Shown one piece after another: positions 33,190-45,582 of a DNA stretch of 64,000 nucleotides (positions within the stretch are counted from its first letter, which is position 1; every line of letters starts with the position of its first letter). The position numbers and the translations under genes are program-made. The stretch is from the NCBI RefSeq assembly GCF_000315625.1, contig NW_005434619.1, positions 227,357 to 291,356 of the forward strand, given 5' to 3'. Source of the DNA: Guillardia theta CCMP2712. Taxonomy: Eukaryota > Protista > Cryptophyta. A model generated the notes under the pieces. It saw nothing but the letters and a program-made list of their open reading frames with translations. It was not told the origin of the DNA and searched no databases.

Positions 33190-35685
33190 GCTTTCAAAAG
33201 CTCGATAGGCCTTGCTCCTAAAGGAGAAAAATCACGTCCGTTGATGATAAAGTTGGAAACAAATACCTGTAACAGAAAGTCGCTTGTTCGTTGGTGATCC
33301 GTCCTGGAGAAGGTTTGCCAAAGCATTCCTGTCTTCTTCAGAGACGGGCGGTTGCGGTATGCTGACATGAATCTGGCATGCAATGTCAGCAATCAACAGC
33401 GTTGGAAGCACGCACAGACCTTCACGATGAGGTCCCCACGCTCACTCGGATTCTCTTGCTTTGGTAGGCCTTCACCGGCAATTCGAAATTTTGTTTCTGG
33501 TTGGATCACTTGTGGTTCACGCAAATGGCTGTTGATCCCAACATGGTCAGATGTTGGAGTATTCTACATCTGAAGCTCACATTGCAAGAGGCTCGTTGGT
33601 AAGACTATTTACAGTACCAAGCTGCATGAAATTATCACAAGATGAATCCTGCAGAAAAGATTGCTTACATTGACACCGAAGATTGCATCGACAAGTGGAA
33701 TCTGCAGCATTCGTCAAGCTTGAACTAGCACTTGGCCTGTCTTGCTTACAGTTATCTCCGTCTCAACATCATCTCCTACGCAATTCAAGTTGTCCGCTTG
33801 TTCCAAAGAAAGGATCACGATGACATCTCCAGGAATGTAGCCTGGTGCATCATCTCCCTCGCACGGAAACGTGAAAGTAGTGCCATTCCGCATTCCTACC
33901 CCTCGGGTCATCGAGACGACAAGCTCAAAGCACCGTACCTGGAACTACGTCGACTTGCAGCTGACACCGCTCCTGCACGGGCTCTCCACCAATATTGTGA
34001 GCCTTCCGCTCGAACTCGAAGACGGCGCTGTGACCGTTCAAAAGGTCCTCCAAGGAAACGCCCAGATTCACCTGATCAAACAGTCTCATCAGCTGTTGGA
34101 CGAAGCATGCTTTGACTGTCACCTTGATGTTCGCATGCTTGGCCTGAGCGAAGAACACTTGATCGAAATAAGTCATTGCCTCTACCTTTGCATATAATAT
34201 CTTGGACTCCGAGGCTTGAGAACCCTGCTTTTGCCATTCAAGATATCCTTCGCAAATTCTTATAGAATCAGTAAGGTGTTGAAGCTTGTCCGGAGAGCCT
34301 TGGACATTAGGGTGCAAAGGTGGTGCCAGTCTCTTATACGTCATCAAAAGATCGTTCTGAGAGCAGTTGTCTGGAGAGAGATTGATTTGATGGAAATGTT
34401 GGATTGCTTCTTGACGCGGAATCGATAGCATGGTAGCCGAATTCGATTTGGAAGGGCTTCTATCCCCATTTTGAGCCTGAGATTCCGCTAGCTGCTGCTG
34501 AATCATTTGCATTTGCGCTGCACTTCCATCGAACCACATGGTGCCCTTCGGAAGCCCGAGTGATTGACACTCATCATCGCTGATCATCGTCTTCTTGAGT
34601 TCCTCATTCATACTGTTGATGCTATCCTCCATCTCGTTCGGCTTTGGCTCCGTCCATGTATTGTTGCTGGAGCCGGCAGGGAAAGTCACGGCAGGCGTGT
34701 TTCCTGTAGCACTTGTCGGGGACAATTCCTCTCTGAATAGGTTTGATGGTTGATGCTGCTCAAGTCTCGGATCTGCATGGTTGACATTCGTTCGTCCGGT
34801 GTAATAATCTTGCAAGGAATCAACGTCCATGAGCTTCTGCTTTCGAAGGCTCTCGCCGATGAGATCTCCTTGTTTCTTCAGCCTGTCCAGTTCTTGCTCT
34901 GTCTGCATCAACCTCTGTGCGATGCGGTCGGCCTCGTACCTGATAGACGATGTTTCTTCCTCCAAAGCGTTGTCACCGTCTCCATATTCGTTCTCTTTCA
35001 GTGTTATGTCTTCATGAGCAGGAGCAAATCCAACACGCTTCTTTGGCTGTCCATTCATTCCTTTGCTGTGCAAATTGTTGGAGTTGCTACTGTAGATTCC
35101 AATCTCAGTGTTTTGTACTGTTGTGCTCGAATATAAACGAGCATTGTCAGCCTCTTGCCAAGAACCTGCGTTATGGTTCTGTTGCTGGAAGCCATTTGGA
35201 TTTGAAACGTACATGTTCGGGAATGAATTTTGCTTTTGATATTCAACCTCAGGCGACACTGTTGCGAAACCACCCCCGATATGAGCAGGGTTCTGCGGAG
35301 CAGGAGCGAAGTTTGTAGTTTGAGGCATTGAATTCATCATAAAATTGGGTTGCTGCCTGTTGAAAGTTGGAACTTCGCTTGTCACAGGAGAAAACCCTGG
35401 ATTGATAGGCTGCTGAGGAGGAATGACAGTCGGAGTATTTGTTGTCGCTCGGTTCACAGAGAGAGGCATGGTCGTCTGATTTTCCATGTACGGAGTGTAC
35501 GATGGCATGAATTGCTGCGGATTCATTGGAACATTCGTTGCTGGCTTCGTCATTTGCATGACACTCTGTGTCACTTGAGGGGGAGGAGGAGGAGGAGGAG
35601 CAGACTGTACGGTCGGACCTGGACCACGACGAGGCGGTGGTCCCAGATGATGGGGGGCAAATCCAGGAGGGAGATTGGGCATCAC
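33190..35685 (-). CDS. DnaJ/Hsp40-like protein: long P/Q/N-rich N-terminus, degenerate J domain (HPN) and DnaJ C-terminal domains
   Basis: [11 protein letters not shown]; VSLEDLLNG; [29 protein letters not shown]; IPLVDAIFG; [23 protein letters not shown]. Confidence 0.85.
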
Positions 35686-36619
35686 TTGAATACAACCTGA
35701 AGATAAATCTCAACAAAGACTGCATCAACATAAACAGATTGAAGCTGGTGATTATCACAGCTGGAATAAAAATTAAGCAGAACACAAGACCTGAAGTCAA
35801 AAAGGACAACTGAGAGATTTTGACTAACGCTTTTTCAATCTCGTTCAACGCTTTTTCGATCTCGTTTCTCCTCACAAATATTCTTCTCAAAATAAATCTC
35901 GGACAAACAGTTCTAGCTTTCGACATCCATCATGCTCAACAAAGCTTGTAACATGTCATCTATACTTTCTAAACCTTTATCTACAACTTGATGCAAACTC
36001 AAAAAACTCACAAACATTTCATCACATCCGGCAACCCCCGTTTCAACAACTCATGTCCTACATTCACGCTCCCTCGTGCGCCAGCTTGGGGTCGATTCTG
36101 CAACCGCATATTCCCTACAAGCTCCCTTTGATCACGCTTGTTCAACTTGACACTTTCTTAAGGCTGTCCTGAGACCTCTGAGACATCACACGCGACTTGG
36201 CTCTCTTCTCTGCCATCTTACACCACTTTGAATCCTTCGTGATGGCTTGCTACGCGTACATCTATCAACTCACTGTAAAGATCTTATTTGCATTTGCGAC
36301 AACGCATTTTGTGATCTTTGTTTGCTTCAATCTTGTGATCATCGTTTCACTTTCTTTCTCGTCTCCCTCGTCTCTTCTTCATCTCCATTTGCCATCCCTC
36401 CAGCCTCCCTCCCATCCGATCTCCCGGCAGTGGTCAAGGAATTTTTCCTGTTCCCCTTGATTGCTACACACCTTTTGGTGCTACGCCCCGAAATATTGAA
36501 TGATTATTTCTCAGCAGTGAAGTTGACATGTGAAATTTCAAGATGCAATTTCAACAAGCCTTCCGACCTGGACCCTCTCTGGTTTCTTTTCTTGGGGCGA
36601 CGGCCCTTTGAATTCTCGA

Positions 36620-36970
36620 ATGAGCATTTCCTAGGGTCGACCACCCCTACCCTGAGCACTTTGAATGACTACCCCAACCTGTTCATCACCACGAAGCGCC
36701 CGCCCCTACCCACCCACTCGCTAACCCACCCACCCACCCACCTAATGAGCTCATTCCTGCTTGCCAGTGGTACAGAGAGGCATCAAACCAGGACTGTGCC
36801 CTCTCACAAATACACCTACCATCATCAACAGCTCCTTGCTTACCCCTACCCCTGGTACATTCAAACTGTACCCCACCCCTTCAGTGTCACTTTTAAGTGC
36901 CGAGGTAGTTTGGCATTGCCACCCACCTCCCCCAAAAAGTGATCTCTGTCGTACAACCATCAGGTACTAC
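36620..36970. promoter_or_regulatory. (T/C)ACCCC-rich non-coding island upstream of a gene (clearest example of a recurrent class)
   Basis: Dense ctacccc/cacccc/gtaccc words; similar tracts near 3295-3460, 9880-10020, 18135-18280, 31490-31935, 53720-53915 and 61580-61670; function inferred from position only. Confidence 0.4.
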
Positions 36971-37310
36971 CGTTAAATAATTACCTGGCTTGTTGGTACT
37001 GCAACCAAACAATTTTCTATAAAAGGCTCAATTACTTTTTATTTCTGGTAGAGCGAGAAATTGATTTCTACAATAAAAATTGGAAATAAACTACACCACT
37101 ATTCTTCCGGGAAGCAAGGCTACAGCTGCGGACTCATCGCCGGGCTCCGACTCTCAGTCATCATGGCAATAGCTCAGTGCTGCCCCCGGCCCCGGGGCCC
37201 GCCCGGCGCCCGGCCCGGCCCACCTTGATGACCGGAGCCGTGGTTACTAGTTAGTGCCACGGTTAAGTGATACTGCCACGGTGACCAACGGTGACCCAAA
37301 CATTAAAATC

Positions 37311-40300
37311 TCAAAAGCACGTCCTAAACTCTACATATCTTACAAGACTCCGACCGGAACTTACTATCGCCTGAAACTCGTCAGGCCAGCTACGAAGGAA
37401 AGTGATGCCAGTCGTTGCTGGACTGACGGCTGATGGCGGTGTGGAGAGTGTCGAGCATGTCTTGAGCACAGCTTCCTTCCGCCATGCGGCCATGCGACAC
37501 CCGTCCGAGGGTGATGAGCGAGCCTTCTGACCGGAAGATGCAGGTGTGAGCCTCCCCGGCCGCCACTGCAATGGCCTTGATCGTGTCATGCGAGATCAGC
37601 GCGAGCTTCCTCGGCAGGACCTGGGAGGAACAGGATCACCCGGCTGAAGGGGGAGGAAGGAAGGAGCCTGGCATACCTCATCAGAGTCTGATCCATGCCC
37701 CAGCCTCCCGAGCTTCCCGCATCCCCACGTGTAGATTTGGCCCTGATCAGTGAGAGCCACTGAGTGAGCGAAGCCTGCTGCGATACTGACGCATCTCTCA
37801 GACTCGAGGGCTGATAGGAAGGTGGGGCTCCATTGGTCGTTATCGTTCCCTGCCGAAACGCCGGTCAGGAGCTGCTGCCAACGGGAGGAGGGGGGATACC
37901 ATGCCCTAGTCGTCCTGAGTCACCAGACCCGAAGGAGAAGACCTGACCTCTCCTGTTTAGCACGAGCGTGTGTGACCCTCCTGCCTGCGCAGCAGCGACC
38001 GGCATGCCCTGCGAGCAGCTCACTGAGATGAGCCCAAGAGCATGGCAGGTTGTACCCATTCTATGAACGCAGCGACCAGCGTCGGGATCAACCTCTGTGC
38101 GTTGTCATTGTGTCCCAGCTTCCCTTCCTTGCCATCTCCCCATGTGAAGAGAGCGCCGTGGTGAGTGACAGCGACTGTATGATAGAAGCTGCGAGAAACT
38201 CGATCATCACCCATGAAGATGCCGATCATGGCAGGACTACCCGGCCGAGACCGACTTTACTTCGCCTTTGATCCTCGGGACGGGCTGCGGGATAATCTTG
38301 TCCACGTCGTCTCCATGACCCAGCTGTCCGTATCTTCCTTGACCCCACGTGTAGACAAGGCCTGTGTCTGTCACTGCAGCGCAATGTCCGGCCCCGAACG
38401 ACAGAGCTGAGAACACGACCCGTCTGAGCAGAGACAAGCCTGCTCGAGTGACCCTGTGCTTCTTTATCTGCAAGGTCACAGCATCGTTAGAGCCCCTTGT
38501 CAGCTCGATCACTGCCTACCGAGTTGAAGGAAGCGCTCTGAAGCACAGTCTTGCCTGCCTCGAGCGTCAAACCGCCAACAAGCACCTGGCAGCTCTTGGT
38601 GATCTGCGGGAATGCCGTCAGCCGATGGCAACGAGGAGGAGTAGGGGTGGGGGCTCACGGTGAGGTGATGAGGGATGAGAGTAATGCGAGTGTGCTCTGA
38701 CAGAAGCTTTCCGTCGGGCGAGGAGATCAGGTTCCTGTCCGACATCCTCGACAACCTGGCGGACGAGCCCAACGATTTTCTCATCTCATTGGAAAGAGAC
38801 TTGTACTGAGCCCGATAATCTGTGTTCCCCACTTGCACCTGAGAAGAAGGTCAGAGGCACGAGCAGCGACCTCTGTCTCACGCTGTCTCACCATGCTCTC
38901 CTGCTTCTGGAGGCTACTGGGATAGGGTGAGGGCAAGGCAGAAGGGGACGAGACCACACTTCTATGAGGGGTCGAGACAAGACTCCTCTGCGTAAGAGGG
39001 GTCGAGACAAGACTCCTCTGCGTCTGAGGGGTCGTCACGTTCCTCTCCCCCTCCTTGGAGTCTTCTCGAGCAATGGAAGACTCCAAGGAGGGGGAGAGGA
39101 TCGACAGTGACTCGAACGACGAGTGCAGCGAGTTGCCCTCCCCTGGGGTCGTAGCAGCGAGGACCTTGAAGCGAGTCAAGTCAAGATGAGCATGCGGGTA
39201 ACGATGAGCATGTCAAGGTTCATCACCCTGGGGTCGAACGGATTCACGACAGCAAATCGAGTGTTAATGCCCAGCACTCGCTTCTCCACGCGTCGAATCT
39301 GGAATGAGGCTCAAGGGAGAGGAGGAGAGGGCAGACGTCGGTTACGGGAGACGCGATGGCGGACACTTGAGGAGCCGAATAGATGCAGGAGCTCTTGGAG
39401 AACGAGACCAGGCGATCGCTCCATGCGTAGTCCGAGTAGATCTTGAAGATTTGCCCGAACAACCCCGGAGAAACCGAGAGGATTTTGAACTGCGACAAGG
39501 TCAAGGGCGTGACGGCTTGTCAAAGCAAGTACAGGTGTCTCCTTCATGTTGGCGTGGTTGCTGAGTTCAAGGCCTGTGATGGAGGATCAAAGAGCTTGAG
39601 GAGAGCAAGTCGCAGGTGAACCTATCTGAAGGAAGGACTCTTGCTTCTCCGACTTGCTGGTTCTCCCGACGAATGAAACATTTCCCTCCAGCACTCCCTT
39701 CAAGAACTCGTGCAAGGTGATACTCCCCGACTTGTCATCATCGATGCACTCGAAGATCTGCAACGAGTTACTTAAATCCTCATTGCCGCAGGCTGCTCAC
39801 TTTCATCTGATCTCCTTCCGAGAAACCGTAGTCTTGCAGCGCTCGTTCGAGCTCGTATCCTGTCGCATCACACTGGTCATTCCCCTCAGCCCCGTCAAGC
39901 TGCTGTGCTCTCACGCGTTAGATTTCCACTCCGATCCTTGTCGATCTTGTTAAAGAATTTCTTGGCGGAAGACTCTTCCTTCTGACGAGATTTTGACTTG
40001 ACAAAGTCGGGGACCTGAGGCGAGCGTATCAGACGTGACGTCAACTCTCAACCAGCTGAAGCTCACCGCCAGGTCGAGCTTCGGAGCTCGCAGCAGCTTC
40101 CTGTACACATCGTACGTCTCCCGCTTCAGCGTGTGCCTCCCCGTCGTTACACCTGTCGCTCTCTCAGCCGCTCATCCTCCTATAGCAGACGAGACTTCAC
40201 CGGCGCCATAGGCGGCAAAGTTACAGGAGGTCACGTCTTTGGCTCGCCCTGCCATGGACTGCAGTTGTCGCCTCATCATGGAGAGTTCTCGCTGCAGGTA

Positions 40301-42615
40301 TCTGACGATGGGGTCAGGCCATGGCTCGCTGCAAGACGTCGGAGACATCTCAGAGGTCTTGGTGATCTTCAAAGCTTCTCTCTTGGTTTCGGATGATGCC
40401 GTCTTGAACCGATCATCCACCAGCTGGTTCAGCTAGAGGCCAGTCAGACTTTGAGCTCGTGTCACGTCGTCTCACCGGAATGTCCATGAATGACTTGACT
40501 TTCAACAGCCTGCAAAGACGATGAACTGCTTGCTTGAAGTTCGGCTGCAGTTTTATCCATGTCATTCCAACGACTCGAGCAACACGCGGGTCACCCAGTC
40601 TAATTCGCCCGAGAACTGAACCATCTCCATCTGCTCATTGAAGCTTTGAGCCAGCAGGTCTTTGGAGACCTTGGACCGCGTCAGCGTAACTCGAGCAGCG
40701 TCAAACTGATCGAGGGCCAACCGAAGTTTCTCTCAGCGGCTTCTCTTCATTGAAGAACTGACTTGAGCCATGAGCTACTCACAGACAGAACTCATCCCCT
40801 CACTGACCGTCAGGTACTCGTTGAAGTCCATGGTGCTGCGACGACTGGTCGACCTTCCTGTCCGAGCTGCCTGAACTCCCAGATCCTGCCGTCGACGTCA
40901 CAAGACAGAAGACGACAAGAGTCCGCACCTTAGTCCCTAGCGTGCAGAAGTGCTTGAAAAGGATCTTCAAGTCGTTCAGCTCTTTCGTTTCCTGCCATCT
41001 GTCACGTCCTGCAGACGTCCAGGAAAACATGACACCTCATCTAAGATTTCTTGCCTCAACCCTTCAGGAAGGCGGTTGTTGATGTAATGTGCGATCTCAA
41101 AGTGTTTGTTCTCGATGGAAAGCGTCTGCTGACCATGGTTACTGTTGCAATTACATGCGTTGGAACTTTGCTGTCACCAGCGCATCTTTATCAGTAGTGT
41201 CCTTGAGAGCAGGGTCGGCACGAAGCTTCAGCAGGACTTTGACGACATTGAACATTCCGAACTCGGCTGCAAACATCAAGATCGTCTTTCCAGTGTAGTA
41301 CTCTAGCATGTTTTCTGTTGGAGAGCTTACTTCCAGCTCTTCGCAGCGAAAGGTCTTTCTTCCGTTCTCGACAATGATCTCAGTCCGCAGCACCTTCTTG
41401 TCCGTCAAGTTCATCTTCCATTCATTCTCCGTGAGGTTCGGCGGGATCCAGTCCATGGAGAGGTATCGGACCAGCGTGTCGGTGACTTGTCGTCTGCAAC
41501 ACTCGAAGGCGTTCTCATAGATCGAGTGCAACGACATCTGCCCTGGTTTGCAACCTTGGTTGTTGACTACCTCTGTGTCCGCGTTGTTGTCCAGCAGGAG
41601 TTGTATCACCTGCAGCAACCGAGTCAGCTCCCTGCCGCCTACCTACGTCTCTGCTCCACCTGATGTCTGTTGAAGAGGACAGCATAATGCAAGGCTGTGC
41701 TCCCATCTCCATCCGCCTGGTTGATGTCGGAGTTCCTTGCCAGCAGATGCTGGACCGCCTGTTCATCTTCACCATGCGGAAGAGGTTAGAAGGCAGTCTC
41801 ACATCTTTCATTCCGCCTTGAGATGCAGAAACAATCAGCGGTGAACCAAATTGGTCGGCACTTGTTGCTTCGATCTTCCCTTGCATGTGTGCTTTGATCA
41901 TCTTGTCGTGCTGAAAGGCAAGTCAGCAACAGCAACAAGGTCGAGATCGTCGAACCGCGTGCGAGACTCCTTTCCTTAACTCATCACAGATCTCATCTAT
42001 GATGAGCTCCCGGTCGCGGTTCACTGAGTTTGCTGTGTCCAGCATGTCCAACGGCTGCGGGTCAAACGAAGTTCGCTAGTCAACGCCTCTTGCTAACTGT
42101 CACTCCTCGCGTATCTGCAGCGACTGTAGTGAGACATGTAAATCAAGAAGAAAGGAGAGGGAAAAGCAGATGTTTGTGCAGGACATGCTAGCTTCTCTTT
42201 AGGGCATCAAGATACTTCAACATGATCATCCTTCAAACTCATCCAGCTGCAGCTGAGCTCCTACAGAGCCTCCTAACGTACTCTCTTCTTTAGCTTCAGA
42301 TGGGTCGTTATTTAATGTGCTCCTGTGCTTTCACATCTGATCGTGACTTGACTCTCATGCTCTTCACATCTACTTGCTTCGACTCTCGTCACTGCTATCG
42401 CGTCTCTTCACCATGTTGTCTCTCATCGCATGCTTCCGGATCGTATGAACATCTTTTTGAGGGTTCAAACACTCACCACAAGTGAATCGTTTGCAGCAGC
42501 AGCACCAGCCGCAGCAGAGCGCAGCACCTCCAAGGCTCCTTGTCGTCCTGCTCCAGGCAGCCTCGTCCCCCACCTCCTCGTCTTCTTCCTCGTCCTCATC
42601 GCCGCCCTCGCTCAT
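37311..42615 (-). CDS. Multi-exon locus: ankyrin repeats, EF-hands, Ser-rich linker and RCC1 repeats (one gene or two)
   Basis: GKTILMFAAEFG and LLLDNNADTEVVN (ankyrin); DKDRSGNL and DDDKSGSITLHEF (EF-hand); GHCAAVTDTGLVYTWGQGRYGQLGHG, HTVAVTHHGALFTWGDGKEGKLGH, GGSHTLVLNRRGQVFSFGSGDSGRLGHG (RCC1). Confidence 0.75.
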
Positions 42616-43160
42616 GCCCTCGCATGACCATCTTTGAGACTCCCGTAGGCCCGCGGCTTTTCCGTTGGGCTCTGGATCCTCAAACTCCGGTTGAGCGGCC
42701 GCGAGTCCAGAACTCAGTGAGGCCGGGCCCGGCACGGGCCGCGGCTGGATGATCCGACAGTCAGGAGTCCGAGCGGCAACCCGGGCCACAATGTTCAGGT
42801 CCCCGTCCCGTACTATGATGAGAGTCTACAGAGTCATGGGCGGCGGCCGTGGGTCATGATCATCGGATCATGCATGACTAGCCTTCCGGGAGCGGCCCGG
42901 CGGCAAACTTCCGATGGCCCGGTGGCAACTCACTGCCGCCTGGGACTCTTCATTCAGTCCGTAACGGCTTTTTTAACTCTAACGACACTGTGACCACCCA
43001 GGTCCTAGCCTTTCCTATGTTTGGGCCCTAGCATCTTAACTATTCGAATTCACCGTGACGGTACGGTACTAAGACCCCATCTATGACCCTTGTTTCTATG
43101 ATGGTGCTAGAGCAATCCGTATCATCCTAAGGATTTCCTACGAGCCTCCTCAGCAGGTTG

Positions 43161-45453
43161 ATGGGTCAGGCGGCGGCCAATGGCTCTAGTACCTTGAGTG
43201 CACAGGAGGACCCAGAGGAGGGGGAGGAGGGGGAGACTCTAGTAGAACATGGGGGAGGCATGGATGAACAAGGAAGCTCGAGATGAGCTTGGATCAGAAC
43301 TTGCAACAGTTTGAATTGAAAGCGATGTGATGCTCTTTCCAGATGCCTAAAGACAAGTTGAGCCTCGTCATCGAATCATGCAGCGAGATGAATGCACAGG
43401 TTTTGTCCAAAGTCCAAGTTCGTCTCCTCCACTGCGAGAAGTATGGCAGATGCTGTTGCTTTCGCCATCGCTCACATCGAGTAGCTCGCAGAAGAGAGTC
43501 GTGGAAGGCTCCGTGTTCCTCACCAAGGCTTCAGAAACTCAGCGCTTTGACGAGAACTTCACGTTTGTCATCCCGGACATCAACTTGGCTCAGTTGGAGA
43601 TCACTGTTTGGTATCCTGACTAAGATGATAAGGGAAAGAGTTGACTGTTTTGTCGGGTTCCAGGGATGTTTCGGAGGACAAGAGCGTTGCGGAGCCAGGG
43701 AACGGCAACTTCTTAGGAGAGGTGACCTGCGTTGTTGGCAGGAGAGGTCAAACTGACACAGTACAACCCATCAGGCCTTGTTGAACCTCTCGAAATTGGG
43801 TAACGCTTCCATGTTGGCGGAACCTTGTGTGACATTAGAAACTCTTATTTAGTTCCCTTGGCTGGCACTGAGATCCGGCAAGTGTTCACACTCAAGAGGG
43901 TATGCAGGTCTTGATGATTTAGCCAGAGATCTGAAAGTGATGAAACAGAGCGCTTCCTACCCATCGAGCAGAGCGCCCGGAGGCAAACTGAGTGCTGTTC
44001 TGACTGTAAGCTGATGTTGCGAAGGGTTTGTTCGCACTCTGACGTGTTTGGCTTCCTCTAGTACTTTGTTGAGGACTCTGTCCCATCGTCAAAGACGACT
44101 CAGGCGAGTCAAAGTGAATGAGAGTGAGGGGCCCCTGACTCGCCGTCGCTCAGCCGGTTGCTGAGGCCACTCAGAGATTCAAGCTGGGATCGAGCAATGT
44201 GAAGGGTAAGGCGAGGAGGAGGATGGAGTGCCGTTGACTGAGCTGCCGTTTTTTAGAGGATTCGGCGGACGCTGTTGTCAGCCCAAAGCAAAATTTCTTG
44301 TTGCCAGAGATCCCCGCGGCTACAAGTGAGTGCGCGATCGACGTAGTCACGGTGACTCATTTCCTACAGAGACTGAAGAGCGTTCGCCTGCTTTCCTCCT
44401 TCCTCCCCCTCCCCAGAAGACAGGTGAGGAGGAGGCGAACGTCACCGTAGAGTTTCTGTGACGCTCGGGTGGTCAGAAGAAGTTCAGGAGCCGCCAGCAC
44501 CAGAGATCACCACGAAAGGATTTCTTCTTCCTACGATCCCCACAGGCGAGCTCCTCCCTCTCCTGCTCCCCTCTCCGCCTGCTGCTAATGCGCTCGCAGA
44601 GCTGCCTACTCCCTACACCGAGACCTTCGCCTCAGGCGTCAACAGCTACCCCCTCAGGTCTCTCTCTCCCTTCCTCGTGGAATCAGCTGGGACTGAGCTG
44701 GGCACTTATCGTCAGGCCTCTCACGCGCTCGGTGTTCGATGACTGGATGGTGAGGCCGCAAACTTCCCGTCTCCGTGCCTGACCTGTCCACCAGGGCCCC
44801 TACTGCTGCAAGTTCCAGTGCGGCTTCTTTGGTGACTACTACCAGGTAAGGGGAGCTGGAGGATGTGCCGGGGGCTGACGAGCTGCGACAGGTCAGCGTC
44901 CATGAGAATTACTGCCAAGGAGTCCAGAGAGGTGAAGATTGTTTCCTCCTCTACTTCTTTTTGGTCCCCTCGGATTCCTCCATCATCGTGTTGCCAGTCT
45001 TCTTGGACTTGTCTCTGCCCTGTCCTGTCCTGCTCTTGCCTTCTCTCCTCCGCTTGCCTTTGACGTCTGCTCTTATCTGTTCCCTTCCTGTCGTTCGTTG
45101 AGCTGAATCGCTCCACAGCTCCGGTCTATTCGCTGGGCAGCAGCTCGCTCTCCTACAAGCTTTCGGCGCAGGGGGTGAGAAGATGGAGGAGAAGAGAAAC
45201 GTGTAGAAAGTGAAGGATTGAGAGGAACTCACAAGGAGGAGGATACGATCAGGAGGAAGTGGGGGGGGGAATGATTTGACTTGCAGGTCTACAACTGCGA
45301 GTATGGATGCGGATTCCGAGGAGGATACACTGAGGTAAGGAGGGAGGGGGGAGGAGGGTGGAGGGAGGAGGGAGGAGGGAGGAGGAGTCTAATTCCTGGC
45401 AGGTTTCCAAGCATGAGCAGGAATGTCCAAGCCGTCAGAGTGTGAGGATGTGA
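43161..45453 (+). CDS. C2-domain protein with two C-terminal Cx3C...HEx2C zinc-finger-like repeats
   Basis: LSLVIESCSEM, RFDENFTFVIPDINLAQLEITVW (C2); YCCKFQCGFFGDYYQ|VSVHENYC and YNCEYGCGFRGGYTE|VSKHEQEC; start uncertain. Confidence 0.65.
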
Positions 45454-45582
45454 AAGAGGACAAGAAGCAAAGGAAAATCCCCTTGCCACTAAGCGAAAAT
45501 GAAGCAAACTGAGATATTTCTCTTCTCTTCGATATAGTAGTAAAACATGGAGCTAGTTACATCATCCTCCCTCCTCATCAAC

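Noticed and set aside
35826-35866. 21-bp tandem duplication (NEIEKAL x2) in ORF 35249-35926
   Set aside because: It lies upstream of the DnaJ start in a frame overlapping the real CDS; probably a UTR slippage event
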